Below are positions 46,824 to 56,644 of a DNA stretch of 64,000 bases, piece after piece; the first letter of the stretch is position 1; every line of letters begins with the position of its first letter. The stretch spans positions 436,296 through 500,295 of the forward strand of contig JBMNHG010000002.1 in NCBI GenBank assembly GCA_050950285.1, in the 5' to 3' direction. The translations under genes and the position numbers were made by a program. A model generated the notes under the pieces. It saw only the letters and a list, made by a program, of their open reading frames with translations. It searched no databases and was not told where the DNA came from. This stretch comes from Kiritimatiellia bacterium (GTDB taxonomy: Bacteria > Verrucomicrobiota > Kiritimatiellia > RFP12 > JBMNHG01).

Positions 46824-47794
46824 GGATGGGCTTTCTTTGCCGGGGTTGTGGCGAGATGGTGCCGGATGATTTGGGCGTCGAGGTCTTGATGGGCGACTTG
46901 CCCGGAAAAGCGCAGCTTGTATTCGGCGGCGACGGTTTCGACGATGTTCACGAGATCGCGGCCCGGAGCGACGGGGAGAATCACCTGGGGCACGGACACG
47001 CCGAGGAATTCGCGGTGGAGGTCGTCCGCCCCGCTGCGGTCGATCGCCTCGTCCTTCACCATGCGGAGCGTCACCACGAGATCCACGTGCTTTTCGCCGC
47101 GGATGGCGGAGACGCCGAAGATGGCGGGCACATAGATGATGCCGAGGCCGCGGATTTCCATGTAGTAGCGGGTGACGGGCACCGCGGAGGCGATGAGGCG
47201 GTCGTCTTTGTCGCGCTTGAGTTCGGTGAGGTCGTCGGCCACGAGGGCGTGGCCGTGGTGGATGAGCCCGAGGGCCGTCTCGCTCTTGCCGATGCCGGCG
47301 GGGCCTTCGAGCATCACGCCGAGGCCCACCACCTCCATCATCGTGGCGTGGACGCGGCAGCGCGGGGCGGCGAGATCCTCCAGCACAAGGGTCGCGACGT
47401 TCACGAAGTTCCGGGTGACCATCGAAGTCACGAGGAGCGGAACGTTGTGGCGGTCGGCCAGCTGGATGACCTCGGGGGAGGGTTTCATCCCGCGGGTGAA
47501 GAGAATGGCGGGCACGCGGGTGGCGAAAAGACGTTCCAGGCGGGCCATGCGTTCGGAGGCGCCGAGTTCCGCGAGGTAGTCGTACTCGGCAAGGCCCACC
47601 ACCTGGATGCGGTGCACGGGGAAATGGCGGTAGAAGCCGGCAAGCGCGAGGCCGGGGCGGTTCACCGCGGTCTCGATGATCGGCCTGGGCAGGCCGTCGG
47701 CGCCGGCAAGAAGCCGGAGCTTCAGGCGCTCTTTCGCCCGTTCGAAGAATTGCCCGACGGTGAAGGACGTGGAAGGGGGGTGGGAGGAGGGCAT
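46820..47794 (-). CDS. hprK: HPr kinase/phosphorylase
   Basis: NRPGLALAGF, GPAGIGKSETAL, LVADD, MEIRGLGII, PVAPGR. Confidence 0.95.
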   Translation of the reverse strand: MPSSHPPSTSFTVGQFFERAKERLKLRLLAGADGLPRPIIETAVNRPGLALAGFYRHFPVHRIQVVGLAEYDYLAELGASERMARLERLFATRVPAILFTRGMKPSPEVIQLADRHNVPLLVTSMVTRNFVNVATLVLEDLAAPRCRVHATMMEVVGLGVMLEGPAGIGKSETALGLIHHGHALVADDLTELKRDKDDRLIASAVPVTRYYMEIRGLGIIYVPAIFGVSAIRGEKHVDLVVTLRMVKDEAIDRSGADDLHREFLGVSVPQVILPVAPGRDLVNIVETVAAEYKLRFSGQVAHQDLDAQIIRHHLATTPAKKAHP

Positions 47795-47795
47795 G

Positions 47796-48581
47796 TTACA
47801 TCCGGAAACTGCGGCCCAGGTAGAGCTCGCGGGCCTTTTCGTCGTGGATCAGGAAGTCGCTCGTGCCCTCGCGCAACACCTGGCCTTCGCAGATGAGGTA
47901 GGCACGGTCGACGATGGCAAGCGTCTCGCGCACGTTGTGGTCGGTGATGATGATGCCGATACCGCGGTCGCGCAGGCGGCGGACGATCTGCTGGATGTCG
48001 CTCACGGCGAGGGGATCGACGCCGCTGAAGGGCTCGTCGAGCATGAGGATGGCAGGCTCGCGCACGAGCGAACGCGCGATCTCGAGCTTGCGGCGCTCGC
48101 CGCCGGAGAGCGTAAAGGCCTTTTGCTTGGCCACATGGGCGAGGCGGAGGTCGTCCAGCAGGTACGCCAGCCTCTCGCGGCGCTGGGCCGAGGAGAGCGG
48201 GAGGGTCTCGAGAATCGCGAGGATGTTGTCTTCCACGCTCAGCTTGCGGAAGACGCTCGCCTCCTGCGCAAGGTAGCCGAGACCGGCGCGGGCGCGCCGA
48301 TAGACGGGTTTCCGGGTGACATTCTCGCCGCGGAAGGTCACGCGCCCGCCATTGGGGCGCACAAGGCCCACGACCATGTAGAAGGTGGTGGTCTTCCCCG
48401 CGCCGTTCGGTCCCAGGATGCCGATGATTTCGCCGCATCGCGCACGGATGCTCACGCCGTTCACCACCGTTCGGCCCCGGTAGCGCTTGACCAGCCCTTC
48501 CGCCTCGAGATCGAAGGGGGCGTCGGACGGAAGGGGCGGGGCGGACGCTGCCGGATTGGGAAGGACGGCGGATTCGGTCAT
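47796..48581 (-). CDS. lptB: LPS export ABC transporter ATP-binding protein
   Basis: [55 protein letters not shown]. Confidence 0.95.
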   Translation of the reverse strand: MTESAVLPNPAASAPPLPSDAPFDLEAEGLVKRYRGRTVVNGVSIRARCGEIIGILGPNGAGKTTTFYMVVGLVRPNGGRVTFRGENVTRKPVYRRARAGLGYLAQEASVFRKLSVEDNILAILETLPLSSAQRRERLAYLLDDLRLAHVAKQKAFTLSGGERRKLEIARSLVREPAILMLDEPFSGVDPLAVSDIQQIVRRLRDRGIGIIITDHNVRETLAIVDRAYLICEGQVLREGTSDFLIHDEKARELYLGRSFRM

Positions 48582-49063
48582 GGCTTGGGATCCTTTTTGA
48601 CGCTGGGGAGCACCACGCGGGCGGGATAGCACTCCATGCGCTCGTCGTTCACCCAGATGGTGATTTGCTTGCCCCAGATTTTGTCGTCGCCCCGGCGCAG
48701 CATGGCGTCGTTCCCCGTCAACACGATCTTGCCGTCCGCGTGCGTGTAGACCGCCTGAGAACAGGTGGCGGATCGATCCTCGCTCGTCATCTCCACGTTG
48801 CCCATGGCGCGTACCATTTTCACGTCGTTGGTTCCGTCGAGGAAGACCAGCACGCGGTCGGCCGTGATCTCGAAATCCGGATCCTTCACGTGCACGTTCT
48901 CTTCGAAAAGGATGACCGATTCGTTGTATTCGAACTCGAGACGGTCGGAGGTGATGACGGTCTCGCCCGGCCGGGGCTCCGCGGCCCGGGCGGCAGGCGC
49001 CGCCACGGCCACGCAGGCCGCGATGCAGCAGGAGAGGAGAAAGGGGCGTGTCGGATGGTTCAT
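48578..49063 (-). CDS. lptA: LptA/OstA family periplasmic protein
   Basis: Signal peptide, [27 protein letters not shown]; directly upstream of lptB. Confidence 0.8.
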   Translation of the reverse strand: MNHPTRPFLLSCCIAACVAVAAPAARAAEPRPGETVITSDRLEFEYNESVILFEENVHVKDPDFEITADRVLVFLDGTNDVKMVRAMGNVEMTSEDRSATCSQAVYTHADGKIVLTGNDAMLRRGDDKIWGKQITIWVNDERMECYPARVVLPSVKKDPKP

Positions 49064-49617
49064 AGGAGGAATCCCATGTCGGGGACGATTTTGTTCGAAT
49101 AGAGGACGACCGCGTCGGAGAGGATCTTCACGGTTTGTTCCTTGACCAGCCAGATCATGCCCCTGCCTTCGATCTGCACGCTCTTGCGCAGGGCCCGGAC
49201 CTTCCCCTCGCAGTAGCCGCGCTGGATCCGGTGGTCGTACAGGAAATTGCCGGCGATGAGAAGGCTCTCGAGTGCGCCCCCCTCGTCGTAAAGTTCCACG
49301 ACGAGCCCGTGCCCCGACACGATGCCTTCCGCCGGAATCTTCGCTTCCTCGGCATGGAGCAGGACCTTGATGCGTCCGCTCGGATGGCTTGCCAGCGGCA
49401 ACGTGAAGTTGAGGATGGGAGTGGCTTCGCTGTCCGCCGCCTTCCGCCAGGCATCGAAGAGTTCCGCGTCGGGCGGCTCGGAAGACGGGGTGGCGGGCTG
49501 CCCGCCGACGCGCTCCTCCCGGCCCGCCGCTTCGGCTTCGGCGCATACGCCCCCGCACGCGAACGCCAAACAGGCGAACGACGCCAGGATCAGGCCGCTC
49601 TGGGAAAAGCTGTTCAT
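49060..49617 (-). CDS. lptC: LptC-like beta-jellyroll protein
   Basis: N-terminal hydrophobic segment and beta-rich C-terminus (IEGRGMIW); position in the lptC-A-B order. Confidence 0.6.
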   Translation of the reverse strand: MNSFSQSGLILASFACLAFACGGVCAEAEAAGREERVGGQPATPSSEPPDAELFDAWRKAADSEATPILNFTLPLASHPSGRIKVLLHAEEAKIPAEGIVSGHGLVVELYDEGGALESLLIAGNFLYDHRIQRGYCEGKVRALRKSVQIEGRGMIWLVKEQTVKILSDAVVLYSNKIVPDMGFLL

Positions 49618-49754
49618 GAAGCAGTGGAATTCACGGACAGCATATCCGAAAGAAGCCTCCGATTCAATGGAATTCAGGGGTGGAGTTGCGCCTGGCGCCG
49701 CCGAAACGAGGTCGGGATTGCGGAACGCGGATGGAAGTGCTATCGTTCCGCACC

Positions 49755-51083
49755 ATGCTGCAAGAGCGACTCGAAAAGCTGTTTGAACGCAGGCGATTCG
49801 GCATGCGTCCGGGACTGGAGCGCATCCAGGCCCTCCTGGACGCGCTTGGAAATCCCGAACGCGCCTTCGTCGCCGTGCATGTGGCCGGCACGAACGGGAA
49901 GGGCTCCGTGGCCACGCTCGTGGCCTCCGCGCTCGACGCCGCCGGCTTCGGGACAGGCCGCTTCACCTCCCCGCATCTCCGAACCTTCCATGAACGCATC
50001 GTCCTCCGCGGGCAGCCCATCTCCGACGCCGGCCTGGAGTCCGCGCTGGATCGCGTCGAGACCGCCGCCTCCACCCTTCCCCGCGACCTGGGCGAGCCGA
50101 CCTTCTTCGAGATGGCCACGGCCGCCGCCTTCGAGGCCTTCCGCGCCGCGGGAATCCGCCTCGCCGTGGTCGAGACGGGGCTCGGCGGCCGTCTTGACGC
50201 GACAAACGTGCTCGTCCCGCTCGTTTCCGTCATCACGCAAATCGGCCTGGAGCACTGCGACATCCTCGGCGACACCCTCGCCGCCATCGCCCGCGAGAAG
50301 GGCGGCATCATCAAGCCCGGGCGGCCCGTGGTCGCCGGCGCGATCGAGGAGGAGGCGCTTGGGGTCCTTTCCGCCCTCGCCCGCGAACGCGGCGCGCCGT
50401 TCATCGACTCGTCCGCCGCCGCCGCCGAAATCCTCGCATCGGATCTGGATGGCCTCGCCGTGCGTCTTTCCTCGACGCAACGGGACCTCGGCAAGGTGCG
50501 GCTCGGGCTCGCCGGAACCTATCAGGCGCAGAACGCGGCCACGGCGCTCGCCACGCTGGAGACGCTCTCGTCCGAACTCGGCCTGGAGATTCCGGACGCC
50601 GCCATCCGCGACGGCTTCGCCGCGGCGCGCTGGCCGGGACGCTTCGACCTCGTGCGGACCCATCCGCCCGTGCTCGTGGACGGCGCCCACAATCCGCAAG
50701 CCATCCTCGCGCTCCGCCAGTCGCTCAAGGCCACGCGCTTCAAAGGGCCGGTGGCGCTGGTGACGGGGTTCTGCGCGGACAAGGATGCCGGCGGCGCCGC
50801 ACGTCTCCTCTCCTCTTTCACGAAGCGCGCATGGGCCGTCCCCGTCCCCTCCCCGCGCTCCCTCCCCCCCGGGGAAACCGCCGTCCTCCTGCGCGCCGCC
50901 GGCGTGGAGACGCACCGGTGCGAACTCCCCGAAGCCCTCGCGGAAGCCGAGTCCTGGGCGGAGGAGAACCACGGCCTCGTGCTCGTCTGCGGATCGCTCT
51001 TCCTTGCAGGACAGGCGCTTTCGCTCCTGCAGGGCGACGGCGCGCCGCCAGACCCTTCGGAACTCCTCCGCCCGCTTCCGTAA
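49755..51083 (+). CDS. folC: Folylpolyglutamate synthase / dihydrofolate synthase
   Basis: HVAGTNGKGS, FTSPHL, ETGLGGRLDATN, EKGGIIK, WPGR, DGAHN, GSLF. Confidence 0.95.
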   Translation: MLQERLEKLFERRRFGMRPGLERIQALLDALGNPERAFVAVHVAGTNGKGSVATLVASALDAAGFGTGRFTSPHLRTFHERIVLRGQPISDAGLESALDRVETAASTLPRDLGEPTFFEMATAAAFEAFRAAGIRLAVVETGLGGRLDATNVLVPLVSVITQIGLEHCDILGDTLAAIAREKGGIIKPGRPVVAGAIEEEALGVLSALARERGAPFIDSSAAAAEILASDLDGLAVRLSSTQRDLGKVRLGLAGTYQAQNAATALATLETLSSELGLEIPDAAIRDGFAAARWPGRFDLVRTHPPVLVDGAHNPQAILALRQSLKATRFKGPVALVTGFCADKDAGGAARLLSSFTKRAWAVPVPSPRSLPPGETAVLLRAAGVETHRCELPEALAEAESWAEENHGLVLVCGSLFLAGQALSLLQGDGAPPDPSELLRPLP

Positions 51084-51234
51084 CTTCCCGGAAACGAGCC
51101 TCCCGCGAAACCAGCGTCACGGCGCAGGCGCCCGGAAGTCCAATCCGCCGCCGCGGTCCTTTGGACTTCCCCGCCCTTCCCCAGGATGGTATGGTAGAAG
51201 AATCCTCGTTCATCCGTCTTCTTGGAGGTTTCCG

Positions 51235-52815
51235 ATGAAACACCCCTTTCTTCTCCCGCTCGCCGCAACTGCCGCCCTGGCCGCGTTCCCGGCCCTGGCC
51301 GACGTGAAGCTCCCCATGGTCTTCGCCGACCACGCCGTCCTCCAGCGCGACAAGCCCATCGTGGTCTGGGGCTGGGCCGAACCCGGCGAGGAGGTCGCCG
51401 TCTCCTTCGCCGATGCGAGCGCGGAGGCCGTCGCGGACGCCAACGGCGAATGGCAGGTTTCCCTGCCTTCCCTGCCCGCTTCGAAAGAGGGGCGCGCGAT
51501 GACCGTGAAGGGCCAGAACGAAATCGTCCTCGAGGATCTGCTCGTGGGCGATGTCTGGATCTGCTCCGGACAGTCGAACATGGAAATGAACATGGGCGGG
51601 GTGAGCGATCGCGCGGTCGCCGTCGAAGAATCAAAGGCCGTTCCCTTCATCCGCCACATGAAGATCGTCGGCGAGGGCGTCTCCGGCCCGACACGCGATA
51701 CGGTCGGCACGAAGTGGCAGGTCTGTTCCCCGTCCTCGCTCAACGGATTCACCGCCACCGGCTACTTCTTCGCCTACGAGCTCGCGACGGCGCTCGACAT
51801 CCCCATCGGCCTCGTCAACAACAGCTGGAGCGGCCAGAAGATCGAGCCCTTCACCTCGCCGGAGGCCTTCTACGCCGAACCCGGACTCGAAGCGATCGCG
51901 GACGCCGTGCGTGGCCTCGACCCTGCCACCGACGCAGGCAAGGCCGCGAACGAGAAGGCCCTTTCCGCCTTCCGCGCCTGGCTTGCCGGCGCGGAAGAGG
52001 CGGTCGCCGCCGGACAGCGCCCCACCCCCTCCCCGAAGATGCCGATGGTCAGTTCCCACAACTGGCCCTGTTCCGCCTATTTCAACCGCGTGCACCCCAT
52101 CACGCGCTTCGCCGTGAAGGGCGCCATCTGGTATCAAGGCTGCTCGAACGGCGGCGACGGCGACATCTACGTCCACAAGATGCACGCCCTCATCGACGGC
52201 TGGCGCAAGGCGTGGGGCTACGACTTCCCCTTCTACTTCGTGCAGCTCGCCAACCACCAGAACGCCACCGACGACCCCGCCGGCGGCAACGGATGGGCCC
52301 GCCTGCGCGACGCGCAGCGGAAGTCCCTCGCCATCCCCGATACCGGCATGGCCGTGGCCATCGACATCGGCGAGGCCAGGGACATCCATCCCCGGAACAA
52401 GCGCGACGTCGGCCGGCGCCTCTCCCTCTGGGCGCTCGCGAAGACCTACGGGCACGACGACCTCGTCTACTCCGGCCCGCTCTTCAAGGAGGTCGTCCCC
52501 GAGGAAGGTCGCATCCGCGTCCTCTTCGAAGACTTCTCCGTGGGCTCCGGCTTGATGGCGGGCGTGAAGAATGGGACGAACCCCGCGGAGGAGGATCCCG
52601 AGGGCGTGATCAAGGGCTTCGCCATCGCGGGCGAGGACAGGCAGTGGGCCTGGGCCGACGCCGCGATCGATGGCGACGCCATCGTCCTCGCCTCCCCCGA
52701 CGTCCCCTCCCCCGTGGCCGTCCGATACGCCTTCCGGCAGAACCCCGAAGGCCGGTGCAACCTCTACAACCGCGAAGGCCTCCCCGCCTCGCCGTTCCGT
52801 TCGGATTCCTGGTAG
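51235..52815 (+). CDS. Sialate O-acetylesterase family (SGNH) secreted protein
   Basis: GGAGG RBS, signal peptide, VLQRDKP, GDVWICSGQSNM, IWYQG, FVQLA, DIHP, GLPASPFRSD. Confidence 0.9.
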   Translation: MKHPFLLPLAATAALAAFPALADVKLPMVFADHAVLQRDKPIVVWGWAEPGEEVAVSFADASAEAVADANGEWQVSLPSLPASKEGRAMTVKGQNEIVLEDLLVGDVWICSGQSNMEMNMGGVSDRAVAVEESKAVPFIRHMKIVGEGVSGPTRDTVGTKWQVCSPSSLNGFTATGYFFAYELATALDIPIGLVNNSWSGQKIEPFTSPEAFYAEPGLEAIADAVRGLDPATDAGKAANEKALSAFRAWLAGAEEAVAAGQRPTPSPKMPMVSSHNWPCSAYFNRVHPITRFAVKGAIWYQGCSNGGDGDIYVHKMHALIDGWRKAWGYDFPFYFVQLANHQNATDDPAGGNGWARLRDAQRKSLAIPDTGMAVAIDIGEARDIHPRNKRDVGRRLSLWALAKTYGHDDLVYSGPLFKEVVPEEGRIRVLFEDFSVGSGLMAGVKNGTNPAEEDPEGVIKGFAIAGEDRQWAWADAAIDGDAIVLASPDVPSPVAVRYAFRQNPEGRCNLYNREGLPASPFRSDSW

Positions 52816-52852
52816 ACGCCCCGGGCGGCGCAACGGCAGACCATACCCCCGC

Positions 52853-53404
52853 ATGAAACGCGAAAAGATCATCGGCTTCCTCCTGGCCGCAGGCTTCCTG
52901 GCCTTCGCGGGGGTGGTGGTTTTCGTCTCGCAGGGATGCGCCACCGCCCGAATCCGCCCGCCCGCAGGCCGCTCCCACATCGAGGTGAAGATGAGGGTCA
53001 CCGGCTACTGCAACTGCGGAAAGTGTTGCTCCTGGTATCGCAACTGGTACGGACGCCCCATCTTCGAGAACGGCCCGAACAAGGGGAAGCGCAAGGAAAT
53101 CGGCATCACCGCCAGCGGCAGCCGCGCCGGCTGGGGCACCGCCGCCGCCGACCCGAACCGCTACCCCTTCGGCACCATCTTCCACGTGCCGGGCTACGGC
53201 TACGCACGCGTGGAGGACACCGGCGGCTCCATCCGAAACAACCACATCGACCTTTGGTTCCCCTCCCACCAGCGCGCCCAGGCCTGGGGATCCAAAAAAC
53301 TCGCCGTGAAGGTCTGGCTTCCCCCCGGCACGTCCAAACCCGGCGACCCGGCGCAGGCCGCCACGAAGCCCGTCCCGCCCAAACCCGGGACCCGCACCCG
53401 GTAG
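52853..53404 (+). CDS. 3D-domain protein (MltA-like) with N-terminal membrane/lipoprotein anchor
   Basis: VTGYC, GITASG, AADP..YPFGT, VEDTGGSI, HIDL. Confidence 0.85.
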   Translation: MKREKIIGFLLAAGFLAFAGVVVFVSQGCATARIRPPAGRSHIEVKMRVTGYCNCGKCCSWYRNWYGRPIFENGPNKGKRKEIGITASGSRAGWGTAAADPNRYPFGTIFHVPGYGYARVEDTGGSIRNNHIDLWFPSHQRAQAWGSKKLAVKVWLPPGTSKPGDPAQAATKPVPPKPGTRTR

Positions 53405-53557
53405 AGGCCGCCGGGTCCGCCGGAATCACGCACCGGAAGCCCTGCGGGCCCTTCGACGCTGTTTCGGCCGGAACGCGCGTCCAGCGTGCGCGCCGGTTCC
53501 ACGGGACGACGCCCCCTCTCGTTCAACCCCACCCCAACCCGAACCCGAAAGCTCCCC

Positions 53558-54589
53558 ATGCTCGCAGCCGTCCTCCATGATTTCAACGACCTCCGCCTGG
53601 ACCAGGTTCCCGACCCCGTCGCCGGACAAGGCGAAGTGGTCATCCGCATACGGGCCTGCGGCATCTGCGCCACCGACTACAAGGCCGTGCGCGGAATCCG
53701 CCGCAACGTGACCTTCCCCTGCATCGCCGGGCACGAGGCCTCCGGCGTCATCGAATCGATCGGCCCGGGCGTCGAAGGATTGCATGTCGGCGACGAGGTG
53801 ATTGCCCAGCCCTCCGGCTATTGCGGCATCTGCCGCTTCTGCCGCATGGGCCTCCAGCACTACTGCGAGCACGCCTTCACCACGGGCGGCGATGGCCCGG
53901 ACGACGTCTGGCCCGGCGCCTTCGCCGAACTCATGCGCACGAAGGCCACCTGCTGCTTCCTCAAGCCGAAGGGGATCTCGTTCGAAGCCGCCGCCCTCGC
54001 GGAGCCCCTCTCCGGCGCCTGGAAGGGCGTGATCCAGTACAGCCAGATGCAGCTGTCCGACGACGTGGCCATCATCGGCGTGGGCGGCATCGGACTTCTC
54101 TGCCTGATGGTCGCAAAGGCCGCCGGCGCGGGGCGTCTCGTCGCCATCGACACGAGCGCCCACGCCCGCGAAAACGCGCTGGCGATGGGCGCCACGCATG
54201 TCATCGACCCCGCCGCAGGCGACGTCCGCGAAGCCCTCTACGCCATCCTTCCCGACGGCCCGGACCTGGTGGTCGAAGCGGCAGGCCCCATCGAGGCCGT
54301 GCGGCTCGCCGCGAGCCTGCGACGCCGGGGCACGCGATGGAACGTCTTCGGCATCACCACCCACGAGCGCTTCGAACTCGATGGCGGCGAAACGCACTTC
54401 CTCGAAGGCCGCATGGACGCCAGCTTCGGCACCACGCCGCTTGCGATGCAGCACGCGATCCGCCTCATGGAGCGCGGCCTGGTCGATCCCTCGCGCATCG
54501 TCTCCCACCGTTTCGCGCTGGAGGACATCCACCAGGCGATGGACGCCATGGCCACCCCCGGCCGCAACAAAGTGATGGTGCTGCCATGA
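53558..54589 (+). CDS. Zinc-dependent alcohol/polyol dehydrogenase (MDR)
   Basis: CGICATD, GHE, structural-Zn CGICRFC..YC, GVGGIG. Confidence 0.9.
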   Translation: MLAAVLHDFNDLRLDQVPDPVAGQGEVVIRIRACGICATDYKAVRGIRRNVTFPCIAGHEASGVIESIGPGVEGLHVGDEVIAQPSGYCGICRFCRMGLQHYCEHAFTTGGDGPDDVWPGAFAELMRTKATCCFLKPKGISFEAAALAEPLSGAWKGVIQYSQMQLSDDVAIIGVGGIGLLCLMVAKAAGAGRLVAIDTSAHARENALAMGATHVIDPAAGDVREALYAILPDGPDLVVEAAGPIEAVRLAASLRRRGTRWNVFGITTHERFELDGGETHFLEGRMDASFGTTPLAMQHAIRLMERGLVDPSRIVSHRFALEDIHQAMDAMATPGRNKVMVLP

Positions 54590-55560
54590 GGGCGCTCGTC
54601 AACACCGCCCCGGGCGCGCTGGAACTCCTCGAACGCCCCACCCCCGAACCCGGCCCCGGCGAAGTCCGCATCCGCACGCTCGCCTGTGGCATCTGCGCCA
54701 CCGACCTCGAGAGGATCGCGGGCTGGAGCCGCACGCCGTTCCCATCCATCCCGGGCCACGAGTGGTGCGGCGTGGTCGACGCGGTCGGTCCGGACGTGGA
54801 CGCCTCGCTCGTGGGGATGCGCTGCGTGGGCGAGAACGTGCGCCGCGACGGCGGGGAGGTCGGATTCGAGCATCCCGGCGGCTACGGCGAATTCTTCCTC
54901 ACCGAACCGCATCTCCTGCTCCCCGTCCCCGGCCACGCCGACCCTGCGGCCGCCACGCTTCTGGAACCGCTCGCCGTGGCCGTGCGAGGCCTCCGCCGGG
55001 CGCGCATCCCGGGCGCTCCCTCCAACGTCCGATCGCCCGCGCTGGTAATCGGCGACGGCCCCATCGGCCTCCTCCTCGCCATGCTCCTCCATGCGGCGGG
55101 CGTGAAAGAGATCGCCCTCGCAGGCGGCCGCCCCGCGCGACTCGCCGCCGGCCGCCGGCTCGGCGCATCAAAGACCTTCAACTACCACGAGACACCCCTG
55201 GGCCGCATCGCCGGCGAATCCGGCTTCATCGCCGAAGCCAGCGGATCCGCCGACGCGCTGGATGCGGCCGTCGACCTCGCGCCACACGGCGCCCGCATCC
55301 TGGTGATTGGCGACTATGGCCCCGCCTGCGCCCGCTTCGCGTGGAACACCGTGCTCCACAAGGAACTGGAACTCGTCGGCAGCAACGCCAGCCATGGCGC
55401 CTGGACCGAAGCGGTGCGCCTCGCCTTCGACGCGGAACCCCCGCTCCCGCTCGCCCGCCTCGTAACGCACGTCTTCCCGGTGGATGAGTTCGAAGCCGCC
55501 TTCGACACGGCCCGCCATGTGCGGGAAGCCATCAAGGTCGTGCTGGCATGGGAGTCCTGA
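54586..55560 (+). CDS. Second MDR dehydrogenase lacking the structural-zinc lobe
   Basis: CGICATD, PGHE, LEPLAV, GDGPIG; no 4-Cys segment; ATGA-coupled to the upstream gene. Confidence 0.85.
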   Translation: MRALVNTAPGALELLERPTPEPGPGEVRIRTLACGICATDLERIAGWSRTPFPSIPGHEWCGVVDAVGPDVDASLVGMRCVGENVRRDGGEVGFEHPGGYGEFFLTEPHLLLPVPGHADPAAATLLEPLAVAVRGLRRARIPGAPSNVRSPALVIGDGPIGLLLAMLLHAAGVKEIALAGGRPARLAAGRRLGASKTFNYHETPLGRIAGESGFIAEASGSADALDAAVDLAPHGARILVIGDYGPACARFAWNTVLHKELELVGSNASHGAWTEAVRLAFDAEPPLPLARLVTHVFPVDEFEAAFDTARHVREAIKVVLAWES

Positions 55561-55567
55561 CACGGCC

Positions 55568-56644
55568 ATGAAACCTCTTTCCATCGCCGTCGCCTGCGGC
55601 GGAACGGGCGGACACATCTTCCCCGGCCTCGCCACCGCGAACGTTCTCCGCGCCCGAGGGCATGCCGTCGAAGTCTGGCTCTCCGGCCGCGACATCGAAT
55701 CCCGCGCCCTGGAATCGTGGGACGGCCCCGTCTTCCACACCGGCGCCCGCCCGCTCGTCCGCAGCCAGCTGGGGCGCCTCCCCGGAAGCGTCGCCCGCTG
55801 CTGGCTCCGGATGGGCGCATCGCGCCCCGACGCCCTCCTCGCCATGGGAAGCTACGCAAGCGTCCCGCCTGGCTGGGCGGCGCGCCTCCGCCGCGTGCCC
55901 ATCGTCCTCCACGAGGCCAACGCCGTCGCCGGCAAGGCCACCGACCATTTCGCGCCGTCCGCCGCCGCCATCGCATGGAGCTTCGGCGCCCCGCCCGCCC
56001 GCTACGGCGCGAAAGGCGTCCGGACCGGCCTCCCCGTCCGCACGGAACTCGCAGGACGCCCCCCGCTCCCCGGATTCGAGCCGGATGGGGACGCCTTCAC
56101 CCTGTTCGTCACCGGCGGCAGCCAGGGATGCCGCTTCCTGAACGAAACCGTCCCCGCAGCCTGCATGCTCCTCGCGGCGCAACGCGGAGCTCGGCTCCGC
56201 GTGATCCACCAAACCGGCGCCGCCGACGAGACGGCCGTCCGGACGCACTACGCCTCCGGGGGAATCCCCGCCCTCGTCTCCGCCTTCATCGACGACATGG
56301 GAGGCGCCTTCGCCGCCGCAGAGGCCGTCGTCTGCCGGGCGGGAGCCGCCACCTGCGCGGAACTCGCCCTCTGCGGGAAGCCCGCGCTGCTCGTCCCGCT
56401 TCCCTCCGCCGTCCGAGACCACCAGCGCCTCAACGCCCGCTCCTTCGCCGAGGCAGGCGCCGCGCTTTGCCTGGAGCAGTCCTCGCTCGCTCCCGAGGCG
56501 CTGGCCGGCCACCTGGCCGACCTGCGGGACAATCCGGCGCGACGGCAGTCCATGCGGTCCGCGATGAAGTCCTTCGCCGCGCCGGACGCCGCCGACCGCC
56601 TGGCCGACGTCGTGGAGAAGGTCGCACGGGGGGACGGCCCGTGA
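55568..56644 (+). CDS. murG: Lipid I GlcNAc transferase
   Basis: CGGTGGHIFPG, HEANAVAG, TGLPVR, GGSQG, HQTG, CRAGAAT, HQRLNA. Confidence 0.93.
   Translation: MKPLSIAVACGGTGGHIFPGLATANVLRARGHAVEVWLSGRDIESRALESWDGPVFHTGARPLVRSQLGRLPGSVARCWLRMGASRPDALLAMGSYASVPPGWAARLRRVPIVLHEANAVAGKATDHFAPSAAAIAWSFGAPPARYGAKGVRTGLPVRTELAGRPPLPGFEPDGDAFTLFVTGGSQGCRFLNETVPAACMLLAAQRGARLRVIHQTGAADETAVRTHYASGGIPALVSAFIDDMGGAFAAAEAVVCRAGAATCAELALCGKPALLVPLPSAVRDHQRLNARSFAEAGAALCLEQSSLAPEALAGHLADLRDNPARRQSMRSAMKSFAAPDAADRLADVVEKVARGDGP

Noticed and set aside
53523..53550. Short AACCC(C/G) tandem run before the dehydrogenase
   Set aside because: About four degenerate units in a C-rich leader; no supportable function.
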